DNA of 64,000 nucleotides, from the NCBI GenBank assembly GCA_963674945.2, contig CAXXWQ010000001.1:320001-384000 (forward strand), given 5' to 3'. The DNA is from an uncultured Desulfosarcina sp. GTDB taxonomy: Bacteria; Desulfobacterota; Desulfobacteria; Desulfobacterales; Desulfosarcinaceae. Position numbers and translations under genes: made by a program. Below the pieces are notes generated by a model. It ran no database searches and had not been told where the DNA came from. It was given only the letters and a program-made list of their open reading frames with translations. Below are positions 1 through 14,468 of the stretch, one piece after another. The stretch's first letter is position 1, and each line of letters starts with the position of its first letter.

Positions 1-340
1 CATTGTCATGGGGCTGATCTTCGTCATCGGGTTTTTCCTGGATTTCATCGAGATCACCTTCATCCACGTGCCGGTGCTGGCTCCCATCATGATCGAATTC
101 GGATACGACCCCGTGTGGTTCTGTATCCTGATCGCCGTAAATCTGCAGACATCGTTCATGACGCCGCCTTTCGGCTTCTCCCTTTTCTATCTAAAGGCGG
201 TGACGCCGCCGGAGATTTCCACCGGCCATATTTACCGGGGCATCATCCCCTTTGTCCTCGTACAGATCATCGGCCTGGCCATCGTGGTCATGTTCCCCCA
301 GTTGGCCACCTGGCTGCCGAAGGTGGTATTCGGACAGTAA
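1..340 (+). CDS. dctM: TRAP transporter large permease (C-terminal part, truncated by window edge)
   Basis: Hydrophobic ORF with DctM C-terminal motif 'NLQTSFMTPPFGFSLFYL...WLP'; adjacent to a TRAP solute-binding gene. Confidence 0.9.
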   Translation, partial: IVMGLIFVIGFFLDFIEITFIHVPVLAPIMIEFGYDPVWFCILIAVNLQTSFMTPPFGFSLFYLKAVTPPEISTGHIYRGIIPFVLVQIIGLAIVVMFPQLATWLPKVVFGQ

Positions 341-483
341 GGCTTGGGCGTTACATTTACGATCCGATCCACCGATAAACGGGTTCGCGTCTGAAATGCG
401 CAGATTCCCATATTGGGTTTATCCGTGTCTGGCACTATAGGTTGTTCCCATCACCCCATCATTTAACCAAGGAGGTGCGATCG

Positions 484-1626
484 ATGAAAAGAAGAGAGTT
501 CCTGAAAAAAGCAGGTGTCGGTGCTGCTGCAGCTGCTGCGGCCACGGCAGGGGTAATCGGCTGCTCAAAAAAGGAGGAAGAGGCAAAGGTTGAGGCTCCG
601 GCGGTCGTAACGAAAAAGACATACAATTGGAAAATGGTGACCACCTGGCCGCCCAAATTGCCGGTTCTCCAGGACGGATGCGAGCGATTGGCGAAACGAA
701 TCGAGGAACTCTCCGATGGGAGAATCAAGATTCAGGTCTTCGCCGCCGGTGAACTGGTGCCGGCCCTCGAAAGCTTCCAGTCGGTATCCGACGGCACCGT
801 GGAGGTGGGAGGCGGTGCCGCGTACTACTGGGCGGGCAAGGAGCCCGCCACCCAGTGGTTTTCCGCCGTTCCCTTCGGCATGAACGGCCAGGGCATGAGT
901 GCATGGTTCCATGGCGGCGACGGATTGAAGTTGTGGGAGGAGACCTATGCGCCTTTCAACCTGGTGCCCCGTCCAGGTGGTTCCACCGGCGTTCAGATGG
1001 GCGGCTGGTTCAACAAGAAGATCAACACCATCGACGATTTCAAGGGATTGAAAATGAGGATTCCGGGTCTCGGCGGCAAGGTGGTGGCCAAGGCCGGCGG
1101 CACGGTCGTACTGCTTCCCGGTGGTGAGATCTTCACTTCCCTGGAGCGCGGCGTCATCGATGCCACCGAGTGGGTGGGCCCCCTGCACGACCTTCGCATG
1201 GGTTTTTACCAGGCCGCCAAGTACTACTACTATCCCGGATGGCACGAACCGGGCACCTACCTGGAGTTTTTCTTCAACAAGAAGATCTACGAAGGCCTGC
1301 CCAAGGACCTGCAGCAGATCATCGATGCCGCCTGCGTCGAAAACGAGCATTGGACCCTGGCCCAGTTCGACGCCCAGAACGGTCAGGCCCTGCAGACGTT
1401 GATCAACGAGAAGAAGGTGGAGCTGGTCCAGTTTCCAGATCAGGTCCTTTCAGATCTTCGAAAACTTGCAGACGAAGTGGTGGCTGAGGAGGCGGCAAAG
1501 ACCCCCATCGCCACGAAGGTCAACAACGCTTTCAGGGAATTCCAGAAGATCGTCGGTACCTGGGGCAGCGTTTCCGAGAAGGCCTACTATGACATCATTC
1601 AACCCAAATTTTCCCTGAAAGGGTAG
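484..1626 (+). CDS. dctP: TRAP transporter solute-binding protein (TakP-like), Tat signal
   Basis: MKRREFLK twin-arginine leader after AAGGAGG RBS; 'WKMVTTWP', 'GLKMRIPGLGG', 'LERGVIDATEWVGP' motifs. Confidence 0.92.
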   Translation: MKRREFLKKAGVGAAAAAAATAGVIGCSKKEEEAKVEAPAVVTKKTYNWKMVTTWPPKLPVLQDGCERLAKRIEELSDGRIKIQVFAAGELVPALESFQSVSDGTVEVGGGAAYYWAGKEPATQWFSAVPFGMNGQGMSAWFHGGDGLKLWEETYAPFNLVPRPGGSTGVQMGGWFNKKINTIDDFKGLKMRIPGLGGKVVAKAGGTVVLLPGGEIFTSLERGVIDATEWVGPLHDLRMGFYQAAKYYYYPGWHEPGTYLEFFFNKKIYEGLPKDLQQIIDAACVENEHWTLAQFDAQNGQALQTLINEKKVELVQFPDQVLSDLRKLADEVVAEEAAKTPIATKVNNAFREFQKIVGTWGSVSEKAYYDIIQPKFSLKG

Positions 1627-1851
1627 TTTTCTGTGGATTTGAAAACGATGGACGAAGGATGCGGGATGAGTGACGATAGAGAACCTACTTCTTTTCGTCT
1701 CTCTGCCGTCGTCCTTCGTCCCTCATTTTCCCATAACACCAAATTAATACCGAACGCGGTTTCTTTTGGCTATGGCGAATACCGGGTGGACACTGGATGT
1801 GAAAAGTTGTATCATTATTTTCTTTCATAAACCACGGCCATTGATATAAAA

Positions 1852-2181
1852 ATGAGAACAACACCAGACCAGCGCCGTTTCCCCCGGCGCGCCGCCTTTA
1901 TTATCGCCAAATACACCGTCGAAGAAGGGACGTTTCGGGATATTATCAAGAACATCGGTGCCACGGGCGTCTACATTGGTACCTGGCGGCGTATCAGGCA
2001 GGGACAGCCCATCATACTCGAATTTCCGGTCTTCGAATTCGAACAGGTAATGCAGGTGGCGGGTACGGTGGTTCGCAGCGATGTCAACAAGGGCTTTTCC
2101 GTCCTGTTCGATCGACCCATCGAAGGCTTGATTTGCAAAAAGGGATATTTCCCGGAAATCGTACATGAGAGCGAGCGGTGA
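1852..2181 (+). CDS. PilZ-domain protein (c-di-GMP binding)
   Basis: RRFPR (RxxxR) and NIGATG ((D/N)xSxxG-like) motifs in a 109-aa ORF. Confidence 0.8.
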   Translation: MRTTPDQRRFPRRAAFIIAKYTVEEGTFRDIIKNIGATGVYIGTWRRIRQGQPIILEFPVFEFEQVMQVAGTVVRSDVNKGFSVLFDRPIEGLICKKGYFPEIVHESER

Positions 2182-2200
2182 GAAAAAATTCTCACATGCA

Positions 2201-2917
2201 TCAAATAACGGGGGCGTCCCTTGGAGAAGAGCAGGAGGCGGTGTCCGATGAATGGTCGAAGGGCCCTCCGATATACCGCCACCCCGAATCAAGCATTAAA
2301 AGTCGGTGAAGCTGGCCGCGAATCGTCAAATCACCGGTTTCGTATGCGACATCATCCTGATAGAGCGTACATGCACCGTCGGGAAGGGGAACGTATCGGG
2401 GTTTGAAATGAATCGGTGGTGCGGTTCGAAAAAAAGCCAGCAAATTATCCGCCGTCTTCAATGATGCGGCCCAGGACAGCAATACGAACGCCGGGGGGGA
2501 CAGCCGAATTTTTCCCTTTTGATGTGCCGTCAAGGCGGAATCAGCCATAACCCACTGAAAATTTATAATTTCACGTCCGTCCACCTGAACGGCGGGACGG
2601 TCGGTGACCCGGGAGAGATAAAATTGCGTGTCGAATCGCCTGGGCATTCCTTCGGGCGTCTCCCATCGAGCCATCCGCGTCAAGGTCGCCGGATCGAGTT
2701 TTATACGCGACTCCTCTTTGGTTTCCCGAACGGCACATTTGCGAAGGGCGCTTTCTTTGCCCTCGTATGCGACATCGCCTTTTGACACCCTACCGCCGGG
2801 AAACACCCAAACATTTCCCTGAAACGAGAGTTCCGGGCTTCGAAGCACCAGCAAGAATTCCGGCAGCCGCTGCCCTGTGTTCATGATCATTACCGTGGCT
2901 GCAGAAATAAGAGGCAT
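2201..2917 (-). CDS. NUDIX hydrolase
   Basis: 'WVFPGGRV...AVRETKEESRI' Nudix box and 'RWETPEGMPRRFDTQFY' motif. Confidence 0.85.
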   Translation of the reverse strand: MPLISAATVMIMNTGQRLPEFLLVLRSPELSFQGNVWVFPGGRVSKGDVAYEGKESALRKCAVRETKEESRIKLDPATLTRMARWETPEGMPRRFDTQFYLSRVTDRPAVQVDGREIINFQWVMADSALTAHQKGKIRLSPPAFVLLSWAASLKTADNLLAFFRTAPPIHFKPRYVPLPDGACTLYQDDVAYETGDLTIRGQLHRLLMLDSGWRYIGGPFDHSSDTASCSSPRDAPVI

Positions 2918-2941
2918 TGGGTTTCCCTGATTAAGACGGCT

Positions 2942-4690
2942 TCATATTTTAAATTGCAGGACCAGTTGTCTGAGATTTTCGGATACCTGAAAAAGGGTAT
3001 GGGCACTCTCGTTTACCTGGTCGCCACTTACTGACATTTCGGACATGGAGCCGCTGACACCGGAGATCTCCTTGGAGATCTCCAGGGAAACGGCCGAACT
3101 TTGATTGACGTTCTCGTTGACCTCCTGGATACCCACGGATGCCTGGGACACGTTGTTCGAGATCTCCCTTGTGGTCGCCGACTGTTCCTCCACCGCCGTC
3201 GCGATGATGGCCACCACCTCGTTGATATCGGCAATGACCTGGGTGACCTCGGTAATCTGAGAAACGGTCATGTTGGTGGTCCCTTGGATTCCCTCGATTT
3301 TTTCCTTGATGTCTCCCGTGGCGGCAGCGGTCTGTTTTGCCAGTTCCTTGATTTCGTTGGCCACTACGGCAAACCCCTTACCGGCCTCACCGGCCCTGGC
3401 CGCCTCGATGGTGGCGTTCAATGCCAGCAGGTTAACCTGCTCGCTGATATCGGTGATGGTCTCGATCACCTTCCCGATGGCGTTTGCCGCCGCACCCAGT
3501 TGATCCATGTTGGAAGAAGCATCGGTGGCCCTATCCGCCGCGTTTCTGGAAATACCACGGGCTTTTTCCGTGTTTTTGGCGATCTCATCGATGGTCGCCG
3601 ACATCTCTTCCGATGCGGATGCCACCATGGTGATGTTTGTGGCGGACTGCTCCATGGCTGCTGCCACATTGTTCATGTTGGTGCTCATCTCCTCGGCGGC
3701 GGCGGAGACGGTGTTGGATTTACCCGTCACTTCTTCGATACCCTGGGCCATCTGCTGGGATATGGCAGACAACTGGGAGGACGATGAAGTGAGTGTCTCC
3801 ACGCCATTGGATATCTTTCGGATCATCGACTGCAGTTTTTTCATAATTGTGTTGAACAATGTGGCCAGTTTGGCAATTTCGTCCTTGGATTCGATCTCTA
3901 TTCGTTTTGTCAGATCTCCTTCCCCCTCGGCGATGTCCTGGAAATTGACGAGCAGCGCATTGAGTTCCCGAACGATACCAACGGCAATGAACAGGCACAA
4001 AGCGATGATGGCGGCAAAAATGATGCCGGAAACCATTATCATGGTGGTGGTGCTTTGGTTTACCGAAGCGGAGATCTCTTGTGCCATCTGTTCCTGATAG
4101 GCTTCGATATTGTCGATATACACGCCGGTTCCGATCCACATGTTCGTTCCCTTGATCATTTCGGCATAGGATAACTTGGGTTGGTCGCCGGCACCGGGTT
4201 TGGGCCATATATACCGAACGAATCCGCCTCCGTTTTGCGCCGTATCCCGCAACTTTTGGATCACCTTTACGCCGTTTGGATCCGTTATACCGCCCAGGTC
4301 TTTGCCGACGCTCTCCTTTTTCACGGGGAAAGCCACCGCTACCGTTCCTTCATAAACAAAGATGTAGCCGGAACGGTCCTCTTCGTAAATGACGGTATCG
4401 ACGAGGTCCCGAACGATGTCTTTGACCTGTTTCTCGTCGTTTATCCCCGAGATGGCCGCTTCGACCATTCGGGCAGCGGCATGGGTAGCCAATTGGATGC
4501 GGGCCTTCTGATCATCGAGCATTTTGTTTCCGATCTTTTGAATACTGAGCCCTTTAATGCCGTTGCTGTTTCCGACGGAAAACATGACCATGGTGACGAA
4601 CAGAAGAAAAATCGAGACAATGATCGTATAGATTCTTCCTTTTACCGAGAGTCTTTTTAACATGATGTTCCTCAGGCTTTTTATGTTCAT
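2942..4690 (-). CDS. Methyl-accepting chemotaxis protein with Cache sensor and HAMP domain
   Basis: Two TM helices, Cache motif 'YIWPKPG...PKLSY...WIGTGVY', signalling hairpin '[29 protein letters not shown]'. Confidence 0.95.
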   Translation of the reverse strand: MNIKSLRNIMLKRLSVKGRIYTIIVSIFLLFVTMVMFSVGNSNGIKGLSIQKIGNKMLDDQKARIQLATHAAARMVEAAISGINDEKQVKDIVRDLVDTVIYEEDRSGYIFVYEGTVAVAFPVKKESVGKDLGGITDPNGVKVIQKLRDTAQNGGGFVRYIWPKPGAGDQPKLSYAEMIKGTNMWIGTGVYIDNIEAYQEQMAQEISASVNQSTTTMIMVSGIIFAAIIALCLFIAVGIVRELNALLVNFQDIAEGEGDLTKRIEIESKDEIAKLATLFNTIMKKLQSMIRKISNGVETLTSSSSQLSAISQQMAQGIEEVTGKSNTVSAAAEEMSTNMNNVAAAMEQSATNITMVASASEEMSATIDEIAKNTEKARGISRNAADRATDASSNMDQLGAAANAIGKVIETITDISEQVNLLALNATIEAARAGEAGKGFAVVANEIKELAKQTAAATGDIKEKIEGIQGTTNMTVSQITEVTQVIADINEVVAIIATAVEEQSATTREISNNVSQASVGIQEVNENVNQSSAVSLEISKEISGVSGSMSEMSVSGDQVNESAHTLFQVSENLRQLVLQFKI

Positions 4691-4970
4691 CCAATCTGAT
4701 ATCGATTTTCTGTTTAAGAAAATTTTGTTTCATAGACGATGTCTATGCGCTTCCTTTTTTCATTATCGACAGTGAATGATATTTTGATAAGATGATCATA
4801 AAAAAAGACGATGAAAAACAAGGATGGGTCGTTACCCATTGAATTGCACATCCATCCGTTGAGGCTTCGACGCTTGAGAGTGATCCTTCCATGGCTGTTT
4901 GACCTTACAGCCATGGAAGGTGATTTCAAGGCGAACTTCTCGGAAAGGTTCGCACTTGGTGTGGAACCTT

Positions 4971-6635
<1,665 letters not shown>

Positions 6636-6762
6636 TCAGCTTGGTTGAAATTGGCAGTTCGTAAAAAGCGTTTCCAGACCAAAGACGGCCAAACAACGAT
6701 ATATTAAAAAACTCATTTTCCCGTTTTTAGCGCGTAACAATCGATGCTACCGGAAAAACCGG

Positions 6763-8941
<2,179 letters not shown>

Positions 8942-9330
8942 TTATATTGCGCATTACTCACCATCCACGCCGGCAAGGCGCGAAAAATTTAATTTTATCC
9001 TTTTATGATAAAGGTTTATGGGAATGACCGTATCCCCCGAAAGAGTGGCCAGTTGATACTTGACAATTAAAAAGCAAATGTTACTCTCGTTGTCAGCCGA
9101 TGTCAACAATCGGCAGGGCAATCGCCTGCGTAGCCGTATCTGATGTCCATTTCGGAAAATAATTGTCGCAGGCATGGCCAGTTCCTGCGGAAAGAAGCGC
9201 ATCGTCAATCCGTTTTGGGGGTGTAGGAGCGGGCCATGCCCGCGAAAAAATATATAATCGATCCAGATGCGGTTGCCCTGGGGCAATCGCATCTGGCATC
9301 CTTTAATGGCAATTCAAGGAAACCATTGTC

Positions 9331-9738
9331 ATGAAACCAAGCGACCTATATTCCATGGCCCATCTCTTTGTATCGGCGGTGCGGATTTTGGACCACAAAG
9401 AGGGAGCACCACCTTCCCTGTCGGACCTTTGCGAACTACTCGGTTTTTCCGATGAGAAGGGAAGCTATCTGCTCAACCGACTCAAAGAGTGTGGAATCGT
9501 CGACACGGTGAAAAGCGGCTTCAGCGACAGAATTATCCTCTCCGACCACCTGGCCATTGAGAAATTGCCCCGGGACCAGGAGGAGAGCCGCCTTGAAAAG
9601 GAACTGAAGAAGTTCAAGGAGGGAAAGGACACCATGAAGGACAAGGTGGCCTCCATCAAGGCGCAGCAGGCGCAAAAGAAACAGGAACTGTTCGCCGACA
9701 TTCAGAAAAAACTCAAGGAAAAGATGGAGAAAAAGTAG
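9331..9738 (+). CDS. Hypothetical protein (possible N-terminal winged HTH, C-terminal coiled coil)
   Basis: 135-aa ORF with AAGGA RBS; 'PPSLSDLCELLGFS...LNRLKECGIV' is HTH-like. Confidence 0.65.
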   Translation: MKPSDLYSMAHLFVSAVRILDHKEGAPPSLSDLCELLGFSDEKGSYLLNRLKECGIVDTVKSGFSDRIILSDHLAIEKLPRDQEESRLEKELKKFKEGKDTMKDKVASIKAQQAQKKQELFADIQKKLKEKMEKK

Positions 9739-9745
9739 AATTTCG

Positions 9746-9870
9746 GACGGCTTCGTAAAAAGTTCGAGATCAAGGCTTGCAAAGCCTGAGGAATGAGGCG
9801 TATGTTTGGATACGTCGCAGTGACGAGGGCTGAAGCGTAACGCAGATATCGGACTTTTTACGAAGCCGTC
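9746..9870. repeat. 125-bp MITE-like element with terminal inverted repeats
   Basis: GACGGCTTCGTAAAAAGT (9746-9763) and its exact reverse complement (9853-9870), intergenic. Confidence 0.8.
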
Positions 9871-9885
9871 AAGGTTGGGTCGATC

Positions 9886-10512
9886 ATGCGCCTGGTAATC
9901 ATCTCCCCACCCGAAGAGGCCCCCGACGAGTCCCGTCTGGTGTGCCGGATGCTGGAAGATTCTTCGATCATCTTTCATCTTCGCAAACCCGGAAGAACCG
10001 CAGGACAACTCGCCGATTACCTATACCGGATTCCTGCCGATTATCATTCTCGAATCATGGTTCACGACCACCACCTTCTCTTGGACCCATTTTCTTTGCG
10101 GGGTGTTCATTTTACGGAAAGGGCACGGCTGCGAGATCCGGATTTTCCGAAAGTGCTCAAGCAGAAATTGCCCGAATACCGTTTCTCCACCGCCTTTCAC
10201 CGGTTTCCGGATATTCCCGAACCCGATGGCACCTGGGACTATCTTACCCTCAGCCCGATATTCGACAGCATCTCCAAACCGAACTATCCGGCCGCATTCG
10301 ATCACGGTCGGCTCAGGGACTTTTTGTCCCGAACCGGCCATCGGGTGATCGCCCTGGGCGGCATCACTGTAGAAAAGGTATTCGTGGCCGCCAGACTTGG
10401 ATTCACCGGCGTCGCCGTTCTCGGCGCCGTGTGGAAGGCACCGTCGCCGGTTGCCGCCGTCCGTGCGTTGTCTGCTGTTTGCCTTGACATTGGTAAAATC
10501 GGTGATCAGTGA
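9886..10512 (+). CDS. Thiamine-phosphate synthase/TenI family protein
   Basis: 'FHLRKP', 'DYLTLSPIFDSISKPNY', 'VIALGGIT', 'GVAVLGAVW'. Confidence 0.8.
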   Translation: MRLVIISPPEEAPDESRLVCRMLEDSSIIFHLRKPGRTAGQLADYLYRIPADYHSRIMVHDHHLLLDPFSLRGVHFTERARLRDPDFPKVLKQKLPEYRFSTAFHRFPDIPEPDGTWDYLTLSPIFDSISKPNYPAAFDHGRLRDFLSRTGHRVIALGGITVEKVFVAARLGFTGVAVLGAVWKAPSPVAAVRALSAVCLDIGKIGDQ

Positions 10513-10762
10513 TTGGTGATGCGTGATGAGTAATTAGTAATCCGTTACGGGTGATCGGAGGAGGTCTTTTCCCGCGCCCCTTGGGTGTATTCCATAGATG
10601 TGAATTATATTTATGGTACGTATTTCTACTCGGTAAGGAGAAAATGTGGTACGCTGGTCTTCACGATCACATAGCTTACGGATGTTGGCCTGGACGTTGC
10701 CAGGGTAAAACCAAATTTGGCGACATGCAGAAGGATTACGGTTAAATCTGGAAAGGTGTGCT

Positions 10763-13700
10763 ATGGGCGCAAACAACAGAGGCTGGCTTCTCCTTGTCTT
10801 TTTTACCTGCTTTTTTTCTGTTTCAACCGCGGCAATCGTTCATGGCGTCGAGAACCATTTGAACGGGTTGTCGGCAAAAACAGTCTCCATCCCCTTTGTC
10901 CAGAATGTTGGTCAATTGAAGGATAAAGAGGCATGCTATTATGGAGATATCTTTTCGGGTCGGGTGACGGTGGGGCGACACGGCGATCTGACCTACACGT
11001 TTGTCCGGGGCACGTCAGGCAAAGCGACAGACGGGGTGGTTGCCCGGCCGAAGATGTTGCCGCCGGCAGTGTTCAGGGAACGGCCGGTTTTTGCCCTGGA
11101 TGTGAACCCAACGGGCATGGAACCTTCGGCGACACGGGTGCATGCGTTCAAAGGCAATCATCCGTCACAATGGCGCACGGACATTCCGACATTCCACCGG
11201 ATACGGTTTGAAAAGATGTGGCCGGGTGTGCGGATGGACCTCCGTGCCACGGGATCCAGTGTCGAAAAAATATTCACCATCGCCCCCGGAACGGATCCGG
11301 ACAAGATCCGTCTGGCCTTCGACAAGGATGTGTCCCTGGCATTGGACGAAACCGGAAACCTTGCCGTAAAAAGCGAACAAGCCGTCGCCACTTTCACGAA
11401 ACCCGTGGCCTTCCAGGATCATAAGGGCGTGAAAAAGCCTGTACAGGTAGCCTACCGGTTACTGGCCAGTAACCAATATGGATTTGCTTTAGGCCCCTAT
11501 GACCGCTCCCGGCCCCTGGTCATCGATCCACTGCTGGCCGGCACCTGGTTTGGAGAAGAAAACGGATACGGCTGGTTCGACGAGACCCTGGCCGGCATGA
11601 CCCGGGATGCCGCCGGCAACATCTATGCCGTGGGGGAACAGGGCGAGGACGCTCTGGTTTTAAAGTTCAGTCCGGACCTGTCCACCCTGCTGGCATCCGC
11701 CACCCTGGGCGGCAGTTATCCCGATTACGGCCAGGCCATTGCCGTTGACGGCTCGGGCAATGTGTTGATCACCGGCGGCACACAGTCCACTCCCGCACTG
11801 GGGTTTCCCGTTACTCCAGGGGCATATGATACCACGCACAACGGCGCTTACGGCGGCCATGACGGGTTTGTGGCCAAATTCGGCAGCGATCTGTCCACGC
11901 TTGTCGCCTGCACCTACCTGGGCGGCGACGGCGACAAGCAGGTCCAGGCCCTGGCCGTGACCACGACGGGCCAACCCGTGGTGGCCGGGCAGACCGATGC
12001 CACGGACATGATCTCCCAGGCTACGGCTTACGACAGCAGTCACAACGGATATCTGGACATGTTCGTTGCCATATTTTCCAGCGACCTGACGCTGTGCCCG
12101 GCGTCCACCTATGTGGGGGGAACTGGTTATGATTACTGCCACGGCATGGCCCTGGACGGCAGCGACCGGGTCTATCTGGCCGGCCAGACCTCATCATCGG
12201 ATTATCCCACCACCCAGGGCGCCCAGCAGGAAGCCATGGGCGCGGGAACCACTGATGCGGTATTTTCCCGGCTGGATACCGGCCTTCGCAGCCTGCAATC
12301 CTCCACCTTTATGGGGGTACCGTGGCGGGCAATGACAAGGGCAAGATCATCCTGCCGGCCGGCAGCGGGACCGCCTATGCCATCGGCACCACCGGGACAA
12401 CGGATTTTCCGGTCACCGCCGGCAGCTATGACGAGGTGATGAGCGGCGGTGCGGATGCGTTTGTTGCCCTGCTGGACGACAACTTTGCTATTACCGGCGC
12501 CACCTTTCTCGGGGGCAGCAGCGGCACGGAAGAGCCCTATAGCGCACTGATGGACTCCGGCGGGAACCTAATTCTTGCCGGGCAGACCTTCAGCGGCGAT
12601 TTCCCGGTCTCGGCCGGGGCCTATGCCACCAGCACCCTGACCGGGTCCTACTTTATCGCCCACATGAGCGGCGATTTGACGACGTTGATCAATTCCACCC
12701 GGTTTTATGATCATGTGCGCGGCCTGGTCCTGGGGGACAATGACGACCTGTTCATCGGCGGATTTACGGATGTGCCGGATTTTGCCACGGTGCCGGGTAG
12801 CTATGATCTCACTTTCAATGGCGGGACCGCTCTGGGCGGGTATGACATTTTCCTGGCCCGGCTCACCACGGACCTGTCGGCGGCCTATGCTTCGGGGGCC
12901 AGCATCGGCGGGCAGGTCCTGTACGACGGAAAACCCCTTTCCGGGGTGACCATGGCCCTGGAGGGCCCCTGGGGCGGATGGGCAAAGACCGATGAACAGG
13001 GCATGTTCTCCTTTGACCTGCGGCCGGACGGCGACTATACCCTGACCCCGTCCATGCCGTACATGGTGCTCACCCCACCATCCCGTCAGGTGGCGATTGC
13101 CGGCGGCAGCCGGACGGACCAGGATTTCACGGCCGTATATGAGACGGGCAACGGGTGGATGGATCTGAGCGACAACGTCACGCCTGCCGCCGAAGGCACC
13201 TATTTCACCGATGTCTGCTTTGTGAGCCGGACCGAAGGATGGATCACCTCCGGCTCTTGCGGGGAGATCTATCACACCACGGACGGGGGAAACACCTTTG
13301 AGGTTCAGACCGTTGCGTATGTGGGTTATCTCAACGCCATCGACATGCAGAGCGCCACCACCGGTTATGCAGCCGGTGAAGGGGGCGTTGTCTTCATGAC
13401 CACCAACGGCGGCGCCGACTGGAACATCATCGGTTCCATGGGCGGGCAAACCCTTAGTCTGGACTGTCCGCCGTCCGGAGACACCTGCTATGCCGGCGGC
13501 ACAAACGGACGCATGGCCGAAATCATTGGCGCCGGGCTGCAAGTCGAGACCCTGTCCACAAACTATGATTTTCAGGACATTTCATTTCCCGTGGACGGCA
13601 GTGAGGGATGGGCCGTTGCAGGGATTTACATCTGGCACAAACCCCCTTACGGGGCCTGGACAAGGGATGGGGCCCATCCCAGTAATTATAAGACCTCGAT

Positions 13701-14109
13701 CTTTTTTATCAGCACGGAAAAGGGGTGGACCAGCGGAGACGCAACCGCCTATAGCCAGCGCCTCACTTATACCCAGGACGCGATCAACTGGTATGGGCAA
13801 ATCTATCCCGATCCAGTGCCAAACACCATCTATGATATCTATTTTCTGAATGAGAACCAGGGCTGGGCTGTGGGAACCAACGGCACAATTCTTACCACGT
13901 TCAACGGCGGCGGAAATTCTTCCCAACCGGGCTGGCAGGTCCAGGGCCGGGGGGTGACCGATGCGTCCCTGGTGGCGGTTCACGCCGTGGATGCCGAAAC
14001 CGTATATGCCGTGGGGGTAAGCGGCGCGTTTTTAAAATTCGGGCCTCTTCCCGGTACCCGGGAAAAAGGCAGGTCCATGGTGCCGATCTATCTACTCTTG
14101 CTCGATTGA
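10763..14109 (+). pseudogene. Large secreted SBBP/beta-propeller repeat protein with YCF48-like C-terminal propeller; single frameshift at about 12313-12317
   Basis: ORFs 10763-12439 and 12322-14109 are two halves of one protein (same 'FPVTxGxYD' and 'STFMGG/ATFLGG' repeats); adding one G to the G5 run joins them. Confidence 0.8.
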
Positions 14110-14129
14110 AATAAGAACACGATTATTAT

Positions 14130-14315
14130 TTACGGTTTAAGGATCTTTACTTGAAGTTCCTTGACAACCTTGAAGTGCTTTGAATTGCTTGAAGCAAGTA
14201 CTAAATTATTCTCAACCGCCGTGGCCGCTATTATTGCATCTTCTGATCTGAGTCCGGGGGATAAGGGGCATTCTTCAATAAAGAAATGATATTCTTCAAT
14301 GCTTTTTTCCACACG
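14130..14315 (-). pseudogene. PIN/VapC toxin C-terminal remnant
   Basis: 'DAIIAATAVENNLVLASSNSKHF' PIN motif; N-terminal half and antitoxin missing; AT-rich. Confidence 0.75.
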
Positions 14316-14468
14316 CATTGATATTCGACAGACGTCTATTTTCATTCCATGTAAGAGGTCACAATAAAAGTCGAAAAACTATCTGATATCATATGGAAAG
14401 GTTTCGATCTCGCCAGGGGGAAAATGACAATATTCGTTTTCAGCTTCACACGAATCCGGCCGCAACAG

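Noticed and set aside
3340..3450. Nucleotide similarity to 41715-41810
   Set aside because: Conserved MCP signalling hairpin shared by paralogues, not a repeat element
9263..9296. Hairpin CCAGATGCGGTTGCCC/GGGCAATCGCATCTGG as an ncRNA
   Set aside because: Single stem just after a TATAAT; most simply a 5' leader or REP-like hairpin, with no further support
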